The notes beneath the pieces are model-generated. The model did no database searches. It was not told the origin of the DNA and saw only the letters and a program-made list of their open reading frames with translations. The translations under genes and the position numbers were made by a program. From Hoeflea sp. (GTDB lineage Bacteria; Pseudomonadota; Alphaproteobacteria; Rhizobiales; Rhizobiaceae), in NCBI GenBank assembly GCA_965228435.1, contig OZ245818.1, positions 6,841,518 through 6,905,517 on the forward strand: DNA of 64,000 bases. Reading direction: 5' to 3'. Shown piece by piece: positions 9,348 to 21,279 of the stretch. The stretch's first letter is position 1, and every line of letters begins with the position of its first letter.

Positions 9348-10673
9348 TCAATCGCCATCGTCGTCACTTTGTCGTTCCGCACGCAGCTTCGACCAATAGT
9401 CAAGTCGCTTCCTCAGCTCTCGCTCAAACCCGCGCTCCGGGGGCGAATAGAAGGAGCGCCGACCCATCTTTTCCGGAAAATAGTCCTGACCGGAAAACGC
9501 GTCCGGCGCATCATGATCATACTCATAGCCCTTTCCATACCCTTCGTCCTTCATGAGTCTGGTCGGAGCGTTAAGGATGTGTTTCGGCGGCAGAAGAGAA
9601 CCGTTTTCCTTTGCAGCTCTCGATGCCGCCTTGAAAGCGGTGTAAACGGCGTTGGATTTGGGTGCGGTTGCCAAATAGATGCAAGCTTGAGCCAAGGCGA
9701 GCTCACCCTCAGGTGACCCAAGATAGTCATAAGCGTCCTTGGCCGCATTGGTGATCACCAGCGCCTGAGGATCTGCAAGACCGATGTCCTCCGACGCCAT
9801 GCGAACCATACGTCGGCCCAGATAGAGCGGATCCTCTCCTGCATCGAACATGCGACAGAGATAATAGAGTGCGGCATCCGGGTCCGAACCGCGTACCGCC
9901 TTGTGGAGCGCCGAAATCAGATTGTAGTGCCCGTCCTGCCCCTTGTCGTAAACCGGTGCTCGGCGCTGAACCAATTCCTGCAGGGCCTCGGCGTCAAAGA
10001 TCTCGCCTTCCCTTGCAGCGCGCCAAACCTCCTCGGCGAGGGTCAAAACCGCGCGCCCATCGCCGTCCGCCATGCGAAAGAGACTGCGGCGTGCCTCGTC
10101 GTCCACCGGCAGTGCCCTGCCCTCCAATTCCTCGGCGCGATGCAACAACGTGCTGAGGCTGTCCTCGTCGTGCGGCTTGAATGTGAGAACCCTGGCACGG
10201 GACAGCAGGGCCGCGTTGAGTTCGAAAGACGGATTTTCAGTCGTTGCACCGACAAGAATGACGGTTCCGTCTTCCATAACAGGCAGGAAACTGTCCTGCT
10301 GCGCCCGATTGAAACGGTGGATCTCGTCAACGAAGAGCAGCGTCTGGCGACCTGACATGCGACGGGCATGGGCTGCTTCGAACGCTTTCTTCAAATCGGC
10401 GACACCAGAGAAGATCGCCGACAGCTGCTCGAAAGCAAGATCAGTCTCGCCGGCCAGCAGGCGCGCCAGTGTGGTCTTGCCAGTGCCGGGCGGCCCCCAG
10501 AATATCATCGAGCCAAGGCTACCGGTCGCGATCATCCGGCTTATAACACCATCAGGTCCCGTCAGGTGTGGTTGTCCGGTGATTCCAGCAAGTGATGTTG
10601 GTCGCATCCGGTCAGCCAGAGGACGGGCATTTTCAGCCGCTTCCTCGGCAATGGATGCAAACAGATCGCTCAT
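9348..10673 (-). CDS. rarA: Replication-associated recombination protein A (MgsA/RarA AAA+ ATPase)
   Basis: RPLADRMRP, Walker A GPPGTGKTT, LFVDEIHRFNRAQQD and ISALHKAVRGSDPDAALY. Confidence 0.96.
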   Translation of the reverse strand: MSDLFASIAEEAAENARPLADRMRPTSLAGITGQPHLTGPDGVISRMIATGSLGSMIFWGPPGTGKTTLARLLAGETDLAFEQLSAIFSGVADLKKAFEAAHARRMSGRQTLLFVDEIHRFNRAQQDSFLPVMEDGTVILVGATTENPSFELNAALLSRARVLTFKPHDEDSLSTLLHRAEELEGRALPVDDEARRSLFRMADGDGRAVLTLAEEVWRAAREGEIFDAEALQELVQRRAPVYDKGQDGHYNLISALHKAVRGSDPDAALYYLCRMFDAGEDPLYLGRRMVRMASEDIGLADPQALVITNAAKDAYDYLGSPEGELALAQACIYLATAPKSNAVYTAFKAASRAAKENGSLLPPKHILNAPTRLMKDEGYGKGYEYDHDAPDAFSGQDYFPEKMGRRSFYSPPERGFERELRKRLDYWSKLRAERQSDDDGD

Positions 10674-12151
10674 CGCACGATCTGACGCAAACGTCGGCCG
10701 TTTCGGGCGATCTCAAATCGCCAGAACCCCGGATCACCAGCGACCAAATCCATCAGCTTGTTGCTCGAGGTGACGGTCTCGCCGTTGATGGCCACGATAA
10801 TGTCGCGCGGGCGCAGCCCATAGCGATTGGCCGGCGAGCCTCGTTGCACATCAAGAACAACGACGCCCCGCGCACGGGTCGGAATGCGCATCTCCTCCGC
10901 AAGCTGCGGTCCGAGGTCCGTAACAAGTGCACCGGCGAATGGGCTATCGCCCGTGATGCGAATTTCTTCGGCTGGCGTGCGCTTTTTCGGCGGCGCCAGC
11001 TTGATGGTGATCGTTCTGACCCTGGACCGCGAAACGACTTCGAATTCTGCTAGAGACCCGACGGAGGACGTGGCAAGCCGGTAGCCGAGCGCGTCCGGAT
11101 GCTGAACCGACTTGCCGTTCATGCGCAACACGATGTCGCCGACCTTCAGACCTCCGGAGTGAGCTGGTCCGCCCTTGACCACGGCAGTCACAATGGCTCC
11201 AAACGCCTGTTTCATTCCCAATGCTTCGGCCATATCTGACGTGACGGGAGAAAAGCTGGCACCGATATAGGGTCTGGTAAACCGTTCATCGCCGCTTTTG
11301 GCGGCATCCACGACAGCCCGCACCATATTCGCCGGAATAGCAAAGCCGATACCGTTGGAGCCGCCTGAACGGGAGAATATAGCGGTGTTGATGCCCACAA
11401 GGCGACCGTTCATGTCAACGAGCGCCCCGCCGGAATTACCAGGGTTGATGGCAGCATCCGTCTGAATGAAGAAGCCGAAATCGGACACGCCGACCCGATT
11501 GCGTGCAAGTGCCGAGACAATACCGCTGGTAACCGTCTGCCCAACACCGAAGGGGTTGCCTATTGCCAGCACAATGTCACCGACTTCAAGGCGGTCGGAG
11601 TCGCTGTAGTCCAATGCTGCAAACGGTTCGTCACCGTCGACCTTGAGTATCGCCAGATCGACCCGCTGGTCCTTCAGCAGAACGCGGCTTTCGAACTCCC
11701 GTCCATCGGCAAAGGCGATCTTGATCTCATCGGCGCCGTCGATGACATGATTGTTGGTGACGATGATGCCCGACGGGTCGACAATGACGCCGGAGCCGAG
11801 CGACGACTGCTTGCGTGAGCGCCCCGGCATCTGTTGACCGAAGAACCGCTCGAAGAACGGATCGCCGCCAAAGGGCGAGCGCTGGCGCACCATGCGCTCG
11901 GCATAGACGTTGACCACCGCTGGCGCAGCGCTCTTGACCAGGGGTGAGAAGGAGTATTGCAGCTGGGCTTGCGTCTGGGGCGCGGCCCGCCTGATTTCAG
12001 GTGCTGCCTGACGTTTGTCGCCGGAACCCAGGATATCGGAGATGATGCCGCGCATCTGCTCGGTCGGTGAGGCATCCTGTGCCCCCAATGCAGCTACGCT
12101 GAATACAATGGCCGTAACAGCCACAATTCCGACAACCAATCGACCGCGCAT
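10670..12151 (-). CDS. Do/DegQ-family periplasmic serine endoprotease with two PDZ domains
   Basis: Signal peptide, SLGSGVI, TNNHVI, QTDAAINPGNSGGAL, and two PDZ-like C-terminal segments. Confidence 0.95.
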   Translation of the reverse strand: MRGRLVVGIVAVTAIVFSVAALGAQDASPTEQMRGIISDILGSGDKRQAAPEIRRAAPQTQAQLQYSFSPLVKSAAPAVVNVYAERMVRQRSPFGGDPFFERFFGQQMPGRSRKQSSLGSGVIVDPSGIIVTNNHVIDGADEIKIAFADGREFESRVLLKDQRVDLAILKVDGDEPFAALDYSDSDRLEVGDIVLAIGNPFGVGQTVTSGIVSALARNRVGVSDFGFFIQTDAAINPGNSGGALVDMNGRLVGINTAIFSRSGGSNGIGFAIPANMVRAVVDAAKSGDERFTRPYIGASFSPVTSDMAEALGMKQAFGAIVTAVVKGGPAHSGGLKVGDIVLRMNGKSVQHPDALGYRLATSSVGSLAEFEVVSRSRVRTITIKLAPPKKRTPAEEIRITGDSPFAGALVTDLGPQLAEEMRIPTRARGVVVLDVQRGSPANRYGLRPRDIIVAINGETVTSSNKLMDLVAGDPGFWRFEIARNGRRLRQIVR

Positions 12152-12417
12152 TCCGATTCTCCGTTCGAATCCGTATTTTATTGCGGAATTGACCTAGCAA
12201 AAAGGTCTGGATAAGGCACCCGCCGCGTTGCCATAAAATAAGGTCCGACCGCCTGTGGTTCAATTGGACCGCCTAAAGGTCGGCATTTTGATCCCTCTTC
12301 CATTCGTTTCGGAGCAGTTTGGCGGTTTGGAGCAAATCCTTGGCCAACTGGCGCGCGCGGTGCCATTGGCCTTGTCCTATGGTCCGAGACAAGCCCACCC
12401 ATAAAGGAACTTGAAGT

Positions 12418-13086
12418 ATGCGAACGATCTTCGCGACTGGAACGCCCAGTGTTCCGGCCTTGACCACCGCTTACGACCGTGCCGCGACAACCTGGCACCG
12501 GACCATCAGCAAATTCGGGTTTCTCGAAGCCTATGGCGATCTGCTGGCAGATGCAGCCGACCGCCTACCGAGGACCGAACTACCGCTTCGGGTGCTCGAT
12601 GCCGGATCCGGAACGGCTGGTTTTTCTGTCGCCTTCGCACGAAGGATTGGTCACGCAGAGTTCGACCTGCTCGATCTGTCCAGCGAGATGCTGGCGAAGG
12701 GTGCGCAGACGATGGCGGCAGAAGGCATGGCTTGCAACCAGATCTGCTGTGACGTCAGCACGCTGACGCAGCGCCGGAAACGCTACGATGTCGTGCTGAG
12801 TGCCCATTTGATCGAGCATATCGACGATGCGGTTTCAGTCCTTGCAGACTTGCGCTCAGTGCTGGCGCCGGGTGGCCTTGTGGTCCTGGCAGTCAGCAAG
12901 CCGCATTGGTGCACGGCGCTTGTCAGGCTTCGCTGGAAAAACCGAGCCTATCAACCACAGGAAATGCGCGGCTTGCTCGAACTGTCAGGGTTCGAGGACA
13001 TCGAGACCTTCGCTTTCTCGTCAGGGCCGCCAAGTCGGCTGAGCGCCGGATATATAGCATCCACACCAAAGGGAGATCAGTCATGA
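12418..13086 (+). CDS. Class I SAM-dependent methyltransferase
   Basis: RVLDAGSGTA motif I, LLDLSSEML and YDVVLSAHLIEHI...LAPGG. Confidence 0.88.
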   Translation: MRTIFATGTPSVPALTTAYDRAATTWHRTISKFGFLEAYGDLLADAADRLPRTELPLRVLDAGSGTAGFSVAFARRIGHAEFDLLDLSSEMLAKGAQTMAAEGMACNQICCDVSTLTQRRKRYDVVLSAHLIEHIDDAVSVLADLRSVLAPGGLVVLAVSKPHWCTALVRLRWKNRAYQPQEMRGLLELSGFEDIETFAFSSGPPSRLSAGYIASTPKGDQS

Positions 13087-13370
13087 AAATGGTGACCGTA
13101 GAAGCGACTTTCGCACCAGAAGATATAGCCACTTCGACGACGCTATTCGAAGATCAGGCCTCCGGCGCGAGAGACATGGACGGCTGCGCCGGCTATGATC
13201 TCTACGCCGCAACGGACGGCGGAGGAAAAATCGTGATCGTTCAACGCTGGACTTCAATGGAGGCATTTGACGCATATCGCAAAAGCGAAACATTCGCCCG
13301 CCTTGCCGACGGCCTGAAACCCATCATGACCGCGCCTCCCGTTACAACGGTCACCGATGTGATCCCCTGA
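13083..13370 (+). CDS. Putative quinol monooxygenase (ABM family)
   Basis: ATG 13083 overlaps the methyltransferase stop. ARDMDGCAGYDLY...IVQRWTSMEAFDAYRKS pattern, 95 aa. Confidence 0.8.
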   Translation: MKMVTVEATFAPEDIATSTTLFEDQASGARDMDGCAGYDLYAATDGGGKIVIVQRWTSMEAFDAYRKSETFARLADGLKPIMTAPPVTTVTDVIP

Positions 13371-13379
13371 CTGCGAAAC

Positions 13380-14156
13380 ATGCCGCAAGACGACCTTCCC
13401 GCATTCTGCTTCTACCAGGAATTCGAGCCGAGCCCGACGGAAACGCTCAGTTTTGAACGCCACTATCTGATGTATTGCATCAAAGGCGCGATCAGCCTGG
13501 AAATCGCCGGTCGTCGTTGGCTGCTGCCGCCGTCCTATGCGGCATGGATCCCGGCGGGCACCGAGATGGCCGTCACGATCGGACACCCGATGACATGCTG
13601 CTCTGTTCTGTTCCATCCCGACTTCATGGAAGAGCTGCCTAGCGACAGCGTCGTTTTCACCATTACCGCGCTGGCGCGGGACATGATCTATTTCAGCCGA
13701 CGCTGGGGTCCACAGTCCGAACAGTTCGACGACCATGCCCGACACTTTTTTCAGGCGCTCGCTCTGACTTGCACGGAACTGGCGCGCCAACCGAGCGATG
13801 TATGGATGCCCATGGGACGAAGCGAGGCGATGAAGAGGGCTATCGCCTTTACAGAAACCCACCTGGACCGCGATATCTCGCTGGCCGAAGTGGCCAGCGC
13901 CGCTCATCTGTCCGAGCGAACGCTCTTGCGCCGCTACGCCGACGAAGTTGGCATGACCTGGAGCCAGTGCCTTCGCCGACTGCGGATGATCCGCGCGGTC
14001 GAACTTCTCAGCAACGAAGAGGAGCCAGTCGTTCAGGTCGCACTGCAGGTAGGATACACTTCAAACAGCGCTTTTAACAAAGCCTTTCGCGAGTTCAGTG
14101 GCCATACGCCAACCGAATTTCGTGCCCGCCGACGCGACGGATTGCGAGGGCTGTAA
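13380..14156 (+). CDS. AraC-family transcriptional regulator (cupin + HTH)
   Basis: WLLPPSYAAWIPAG cupin motif. C-terminal SLAEVASAAHLSERTLLRR ... VALQVGYTSNSAFNKAFREFSGHTPTEFR. Confidence 0.93.
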   Translation: MPQDDLPAFCFYQEFEPSPTETLSFERHYLMYCIKGAISLEIAGRRWLLPPSYAAWIPAGTEMAVTIGHPMTCCSVLFHPDFMEELPSDSVVFTITALARDMIYFSRRWGPQSEQFDDHARHFFQALALTCTELARQPSDVWMPMGRSEAMKRAIAFTETHLDRDISLAEVASAAHLSERTLLRRYADEVGMTWSQCLRRLRMIRAVELLSNEEEPVVQVALQVGYTSNSAFNKAFREFSGHTPTEFRARRRDGLRGL

Positions 14157-14168
14157 CCTGGCAAAGTC

Positions 14169-15134
14169 CTATTGCAGTTGCGGTGCCTTCCCGTCGCATG
14201 CCCCGGCGGCCGGAAATGTGCAATTCACCAGCGTATCCGAGAGATGTTCGCTCAGAAGTGTGACCATCGCCCGCAGAGCTGCCGAGGGATTTCGGCCACT
14301 CGGGTAGACCGCGTAGCACGCATCTCCTTGCGGCGCCCACTCCGGCAAGACCTCAACCAGCCGTCCTGAGGCAACTTCGTGCATGCCCGTCAATTCGGGA
14401 AGTCGAGTTATTCCAACGCTGGCTACTGCCAATTCGCGCAGAATTCCCCAACTGGCCACCGCCAGGCGCGGCCTGACCGCCACAGAAACCGTACCTTCCG
14501 GTCCTTCGAGATGCCAGGTGACCGGTTCTTGCTGGCTGGTCATGACCAGGCAGTCATGCTTGGCCAGATCGCGGGGCGCCTTAGGCGTTCCGTTCGAGTT
14601 CAGGTAGTCGGGGCTTGCATACAATCGCAATGAACCAAGAACCGACAGCTTCCTGCAGATCAGACTGGAATCATCCAGTGGCCCCACGCGAATCGCGAGA
14701 TCGAAACCTTCTTCGATCAGATTGACCTTTCGGTCACTCAGATCGACGATCAGGTCGACATCCGGATAGAGCGTTGCGTACTTTGCCAACACGCCGCCAA
14801 GAACACATTGCCCCATCTCAACGGGAGCTGACAGACGCAGCCTCCCGCGTGGGCGATCGTGGTTGTCGTTCAGCTGCCGCTCGGCATCCATGATGGCCAT
14901 CAGGGCGGGTTCGACGGCGCGATAGTAGCTCTCGCCAATATCGGTCAGACGAACGGAACGGGTGGATCGCCAAAACAGCTGGACCCCAAGCTGGTCCTCA
15001 AGTGCAGCGACACGCTGGCTCAAGGTCGACTTCGAAACGCCCAGCGATTTCGCAGCACCGCGAAAACTCTGTTGCTCTGCAACCCTCAAAAAGGCGGTAA
15101 TGGCATTGAGATTGATATCTTTCACTGTCCGCAT
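14169..15134 (-). CDS. LysR-family transcriptional regulator (DmlR/CrgA-like)
   Basis: SFRGAAKSLGVSKSTLSQRVAALEDQLGVQLFWRSTRSVRLT, NLIEEGFDLAIR. Start placed at ATG 15134, because the longer ORF would overlap the divergent gene. Confidence 0.93.
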   Translation of the reverse strand: MRTVKDINLNAITAFLRVAEQQSFRGAAKSLGVSKSTLSQRVAALEDQLGVQLFWRSTRSVRLTDIGESYYRAVEPALMAIMDAERQLNDNHDRPRGRLRLSAPVEMGQCVLGGVLAKYATLYPDVDLIVDLSDRKVNLIEEGFDLAIRVGPLDDSSLICRKLSVLGSLRLYASPDYLNSNGTPKAPRDLAKHDCLVMTSQQEPVTWHLEGPEGTVSVAVRPRLAVASWGILRELAVASVGITRLPELTGMHEVASGRLVEVLPEWAPQGDACYAVYPSGRNPSAALRAMVTLLSEHLSDTLVNCTFPAAGACDGKAPQLQ

Positions 15135-15170
15135 ATACGGACAATTAGTCCGATGTTGAGCTATTGTCCA
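15126..15170. promoter_or_regulatory. Candidate LysR operator: clustered TGTCC/GGACA half-sites in the divergent promoter
   Basis: TGTCCG-catata-CGGACA (15126-15143) spans the LysR start codon. Further half-sites are AGTCCG (15147) and TGTCCA (15165). Confidence 0.45.
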
Positions 15171-15220
15171 TATTGACCCAATGATTATCTTTTTACGGTA
15201 TTTCAAAGGAGCACAGCCAG

Positions 15221-16282
15221 ATGAACCTCTTTTCGCAGCATCAACTCGGTTCCTTGAACCTGAAAAACCGCGTCGTGATGGCACCGATGACGCGGTGCAG
15301 GGCGATCGATAACGTTCCGACACCGATTATGGCCGACTACTACTCCCAAAGAGCCTCCTCCGGCCTCATCGTGACCGAGGGCACTGCCCCCTCACCGAAT
15401 GCGCTAGGATATCCCCGCATACCCGGTCTGTTCAGTGCCGAGCAGGTCGAGGGCTGGCGACGCGTCACCGATGCCGTGCACAACGCCGGGGGCCGAATTT
15501 TCGCGCAACTGATGCACACCGGTCGTATCGGTCATCCGGCGAACATGCCGGAAGACGCAGAGATCGTCGCGCCCAGCGCAATTGCTGCGGCAGGAGAAAT
15601 GTTCACCGATACGCATGGGATGCAGCCTCATCCGGAACCGCGTGCCATGACCGAGGAAGATATTCGCCAGACGATTGGTGAGTTCGTGTCGGCTTCGCGC
15701 AATGCCATCGAAGCCGGCTTCGACGGCGTCGAGCTGCACGCGGCCAACGGTTACCTGCTGGAACAGTTCATCAATCCGAATGTCAACACGCGGGACGATC
15801 CCTATGGCGGATCGATCGAGAACCGCGCGCGTTTCGTTGTGGAGGTGGCCAAAGCCGTGGCCGACGACATCGGTGCCGACCGGGTGGGCATCCGGTTCTC
15901 GCCCCACAGCACCTTCAACGACCACGCGGCCTATGAGGATGTCGCCGAGCAGTATGGCTGGCTGGCCCAACAGGTCGATGCGCTCAACCTTGTCTACGTT
16001 CATCTGGTGCTTGGCCAGGAGGGCTTGCCTGATGAAACTCTCAAGGCGATCCGGGACGGCTATTCGGGTACACTGATGGTCAACTCCGGGTTCGACAAGG
16101 ATGGCGCTGAAACGGTCCTTGGCCGTGGCGGCGCAGACCTGGTGTCTTTCGGAGTGCCGTTCATCGCCAATCCGGATCTGGTCGAGAGAATGCGCGACAA
16201 TGTCGACCTGGCGAACCCTCAACCGGACCTCTTTTACGCGGCCGGCCCGGAGGGCTATGTGGACTACCCGACTGCGGTCTAA
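15221..16282 (+). CDS. nemA: Alkene reductase, old yellow enzyme family (NemA-like)
   Basis: LKNRVVMAPMTRCRA, YYSQRAS.GLIVTEGT, AGFDGVELHAANGYLLEQF, RDDPYGGSIENRARF and FIANPDLV. Confidence 0.9.
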   Translation: MNLFSQHQLGSLNLKNRVVMAPMTRCRAIDNVPTPIMADYYSQRASSGLIVTEGTAPSPNALGYPRIPGLFSAEQVEGWRRVTDAVHNAGGRIFAQLMHTGRIGHPANMPEDAEIVAPSAIAAAGEMFTDTHGMQPHPEPRAMTEEDIRQTIGEFVSASRNAIEAGFDGVELHAANGYLLEQFINPNVNTRDDPYGGSIENRARFVVEVAKAVADDIGADRVGIRFSPHSTFNDHAAYEDVAEQYGWLAQQVDALNLVYVHLVLGQEGLPDETLKAIRDGYSGTLMVNSGFDKDGAETVLGRGGADLVSFGVPFIANPDLVERMRDNVDLANPQPDLFYAAGPEGYVDYPTAV

Positions 16283-16307
16283 CCGAGACCAACCTTGCCA
16301 TAGATAC

Positions 16308-16335
16308 AAAAAAAGGCCGGGCGAAAACCCGGCCT
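16308..16335 (-). terminator. Intrinsic terminator of the alpha operon (possibly bidirectional)
   Basis: Stem AGGCCGGG/CCCGGCCT with 6-nt loop. The plus-strand A-run gives a U-tract on the minus strand. It lies between convergent rplQ and nemA. Confidence 0.85.
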
Positions 16336-16361
16336 CTTCGAATTCAGATTTACGGCAGTTC

Positions 16362-16790
16362 TTACGCTGCTTCCGTTTCTTCGCTTGCCTCGGCCTCGAC
16401 ACGTGCACGGTCTTTGGCGCCGCGTGCGTCGACGTCGCGGTCAACGAATTCGATGACTGCGAGTGGTGCGTTGTCTCCCTTGCGGAATCCGGCACGCATG
16501 ATCCGCAGATAGCCGCCGTTGCGGTCGGCATAACGGGTGGCGATCGTGTCGAACAGCTTGCGGACCATTTCGACATCGCGAACGCGCGAGATCGCCTGAC
16601 GACGGGCGTGCAGGTCTCCGCGTTTGCCCAACGTGACCAGCTTTTCGACGATTGGACGAATTTCCTTCGCCTTCGGCAGGGTCGTGACGATCTGCTCGTG
16701 TTCAATCAGGGACGCTGCCATGTTGGCAAACATTGCCTTGCGGTGGCTTGGCGTCCGGTTCAGCTTGCGGCCTGACTTGCGGTGGCGCAT
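16362..16790 (-). CDS. rplQ: 50S ribosomal protein L17
   Basis: [24 protein letters not shown]. Start at 16790. Confidence 0.98.
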   Translation of the reverse strand: MRHRKSGRKLNRTPSHRKAMFANMAASLIEHEQIVTTLPKAKEIRPIVEKLVTLGKRGDLHARRQAISRVRDVEMVRKLFDTIATRYADRNGGYLRIMRAGFRKGDNAPLAVIEFVDRDVDARGAKDRARVEAEASEETEAA

Positions 16791-16835
16791 GGCTCTCTCC
16801 ATTCAGCGCGGTGCATGCTCACACCGCAGGTTCGG

Positions 16836-17846
16836 TTAATATTGGTCTTCGTAACGCTTGGCGAGATCTTCGATGTTTTCCGGCGGCCAGGCGGGAACTT
16901 CCATTCCCAGGTGCAGGCCCATTGAAGCCAGAACTTCCTTGATCTCGTTCAGCGACTTGCGTCCAAAGTTCGGCGTCCGCAGCATCTCTGCTTCGGTCTT
17001 CTGGATAAGGTCGCCGATATAGACAATGTTGTCGTTCTTCAGGCAGTTGGCCGAGCGAACCGACAATTCGAGCTCGTCGACCTTCTTGAGCAGCGCCGGG
17101 TTGAAAGCCAGTTCGGTGGCCTGAACTTCCTCAACCTCTTTCTGCGGCTCATCGAAGTTGATGAACACGCCAAGCTGATCCTGGAGAATACGTGCGGCAA
17201 ATGCGATCGCATCCTCACCGGTGACCGAGCCATCGGTCTCCAGGGTCATGATCAGGCGGTCGTAATCGAGGACCTGACCTTCACGGGTGTTTTCAACCTT
17301 GTAGGAGACCTTCTTGACCGGCGAATAGAGGCTGTCGACCGGGATCAATCCGATCGGGGCATCTTCGGCGCGGTTGCGGTCGGCCGGTACATAGCCCTTG
17401 CCGTTTGCAACGGTGAACTCCATGCGGATCTCGGCACCTTCGTCGAGGGTGCAGATCACATGGTCCGGATTGAGGATCTCGATGTCGCCAACCGTCTGAA
17501 TGTCGCCGGCAAGGACAGTGCCCGGGCCCTGTTTGCGCACAACCATGCGCTTGGGCTCGTCACCTTCCATGCCGATGGCAATTTCCTTGATGTTGAGCAC
17601 GATATCCGTCACGTCCTCACGGACACCCGGAATCGAAGAGAACTCATGCAGAACGCCGTCGATCTGCACTGCCGTGACGGCTGCACCGCGCAGCGACGAC
17701 AGAAGCACACGGCGCAGGGCGTTGCCAAGGGTCAGGCCGAAGCCACGCTCAAGCGGTTCGGCGACCAGCGTCGCCTTGGTGCGATCTGCGGACGAGAACT
17801 CGATCTTGTTCGGCTTGATCAGTTCCTGCCAGTTTTTTTGAATCAT
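16836..17846 (-). CDS. rpoA: RNA polymerase alpha subunit
   Basis: [22 protein letters not shown] and [11 protein letters not shown]...[11 protein letters not shown]. Confidence 0.99.
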   Translation of the reverse strand: MIQKNWQELIKPNKIEFSSADRTKATLVAEPLERGFGLTLGNALRRVLLSSLRGAAVTAVQIDGVLHEFSSIPGVREDVTDIVLNIKEIAIGMEGDEPKRMVVRKQGPGTVLAGDIQTVGDIEILNPDHVICTLDEGAEIRMEFTVANGKGYVPADRNRAEDAPIGLIPVDSLYSPVKKVSYKVENTREGQVLDYDRLIMTLETDGSVTGEDAIAFAARILQDQLGVFINFDEPQKEVEEVQATELAFNPALLKKVDELELSVRSANCLKNDNIVYIGDLIQKTEAEMLRTPNFGRKSLNEIKEVLASMGLHLGMEVPAWPPENIEDLAKRYEDQY

Positions 17847-17944
17847 GGTTTGTTACCTTCCGTTCCTTGCCACCATCCAATCGTGGCAACAGAGCTGGAG
17901 AACCAAGAGGAGCGGCAAACCGCTCGTAGGTTGTTGTACGGCAA

Positions 17945-18334
17945 TCAGACGCGACGCTTTTTACGCGGGCGGCAGCCATTGTGCGGGATTGGCGTCACGT
18001 CGCGGATCGACGTGATCGTGAACCCTGCGGCCTGCAGCGCACGAAGGGCCGACTCACGACCGGAACCCGGTCCACACACTTCGACCTCGAGCGACTTCAT
18101 GCCGTGTTCCTGTGCCTTCTTGGCACAATCTTCAGCCGCGATCTGAGCGGCAAAAGGCGTCGACTTACGCGACCCCTTGAAACCCTTGGCACCGGCCGAG
18201 GACCAGGCAATTGCATTGCCCTGGGCGTCGGTGATGGTGATCATGGTGTTGTTGAACGACGAGTTTACGTGGGCAACGCCCGACGAGATATTCTTGCGTT
18301 CCTTGCGGCGAACGCGTGCGGCATCCTTGGCCAT
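17945..18334 (-). CDS. rpsK: 30S ribosomal protein S11
   Basis: [13 protein letters not shown] ... [18 protein letters not shown]. Start at 18334. Confidence 0.98.
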   Translation of the reverse strand: MAKDAARVRRKERKNISSGVAHVNSSFNNTMITITDAQGNAIAWSSAGAKGFKGSRKSTPFAAQIAAEDCAKKAQEHGMKSLEVEVCGPGSGRESALRALQAAGFTITSIRDVTPIPHNGCRPRKKRRV

Positions 18335-18471
18335 GGTATTCCTTTCAATGATCTCGACACCGCCGTAATTCCAGCGGCTCCACCGGATGGGGCGCAAACG
18401 CCCCAGCCATTCTTACGCAAAAGGCCGGCTTGCATGGTGCAGCCGACCAGAACCGTCACAGGTGCGGTTGC

Positions 18472-18840
18472 TTACTTCTTTTTGCCTGCAATCGCCTTCG
18501 CGGGCCCCTTGCGGGTGCGGGCATTGGTATGCGTACGCTGACCGCGAACCGGCAGGTTGCGGCGGTGACGCAGGCCACGGTAGCAGCCCAGGTCCATCAG
18601 GCGCTTGATGTTCATCGCGGTTTCGCGACGCAGATCACCCTCGACCTGATATTCGCGGTCGATTGCTTCACGGATCTGGATGACATCGGCATCCGAAAGC
18701 TCGTTCACACGGCGCTCTGCCGGAATGCCGACCTGTTCGGTAATGGACTTGGCGTGTGCCGGTCCAATGCCGTGAATATACTGCAGCGCGATAACAACGC
18801 GCTTATTGGTTGGAATGTTGACGCCAGCGATACGGGCCAC
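18472..18840 (-). CDS. rpsM: 30S ribosomal protein S13
   Basis: ARIAGVNIP ... [31 protein letters not shown] start. Confidence 0.98.
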   Translation of the reverse strand: MARIAGVNIPTNKRVVIALQYIHGIGPAHAKSITEQVGIPAERRVNELSDADVIQIREAIDREYQVEGDLRRETAMNIKRLMDLGCYRGLRHRRNLPVRGQRTHTNARTRKGPAKAIAGKKK

Positions 18841-19088
18841 GTCCTGTCTCCTTGCCTCTCAGACCCTGCGGTCTGACTGCTCATCCTGCAGCAAATGCTG
18901 CCTGCTTGCTTTAACCGGGACATCAAGAAACGATCAGCCCCGGCCTTTCGAAATTCGAAAGCCGCGCCAATCGCTCGTCTATCACGAATTGGCGGGTTTC
19001 TAACGGACTCGATGCCAATAGGTCAACAGCCCGCGGACCAAAAAAACGACGCAAATGTGCCGATTAATCGAAAAATCGGCTCCTGGTC

Positions 19089-19735
19089 CTAAAGCGTCGT
19101 CAAAAGCTCCTCAATCTGGGCCGTTACGGTGTCGATATCGGCCATACCGTCCACGCCCTTCAGCAACCCTTTTGCGTAGTAATAGCCCAGCAAAGGAGCG
19201 GTTTCCTTGTAGTAAGCCTGCAGCCTGGTGCGGACCGTCTCGGCATTGTCATCGGCACGCCGCTTGAACTCCGTCGATCCGCATTTGTCGCAGACGCCGT
19301 CTTTCTCGGGCTTGAGGTTCGTATCGTGGTAGCCAGCGCCGCAATTGGCACAGGTGTATCGACCGGCAATGCGATCAACCAGAACCTCATCCTCGACTCG
19401 GAGCTCGATCACGCAGGACAGGTCCATGTCCTTGGCGGCGAGCATTTTCGTGACAGCATCGGCCTGCGGCAGCGTACGCGGGTAACCGTCGAGAATGAAG
19501 CCTGCCTGGCAATCGGCCTCGTCAAGCCGTTCCGAGACAATGGCGTTGACGATCTCGTCGGAGACGAGCTTGCCCGCATCCATGACGGCCTTGGCACGCA
19601 ATCCGACTTCGGTGCCGGCGCCGACCGCGGCGCGCAACATGTCGCCGGTTGACAGCTGTGGAATGCCATGACGCTCGACCAGTCGGTGAGCCTGGGTTCC
19701 CTTGCCCGCCCCCGGCGGTCCCAGCAGAATCAATC

Positions 19736-19739
<4 letters not shown>
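19089..19739 (-). CDS. adk: Adenylate kinase (long LID form)
   Basis: GPPGAGKGTQ P-loop, LSTGDMLR and FILDGYPRT. Confidence 0.98.
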
Positions 19740-21076
<1,337 letters not shown>

Positions 21077-21279
21077 GCGTATCTCCGAGTGGCGTTGTTC
21101 CGATCGATGCGTGCTTTGCTCCGATGACGGAACCGGCCATCTATTGCTGACTCGTCGGCGCCTTCATATCAAAAGCCCCACCCCTTTGCTAACCGGTGCC
21201 AGTGCAATGATGTTCACAGGTCCGTGTCACCATATGGGGACGCTACAGCCCGATGCCAACACAACGGGCCGTAACCAAT

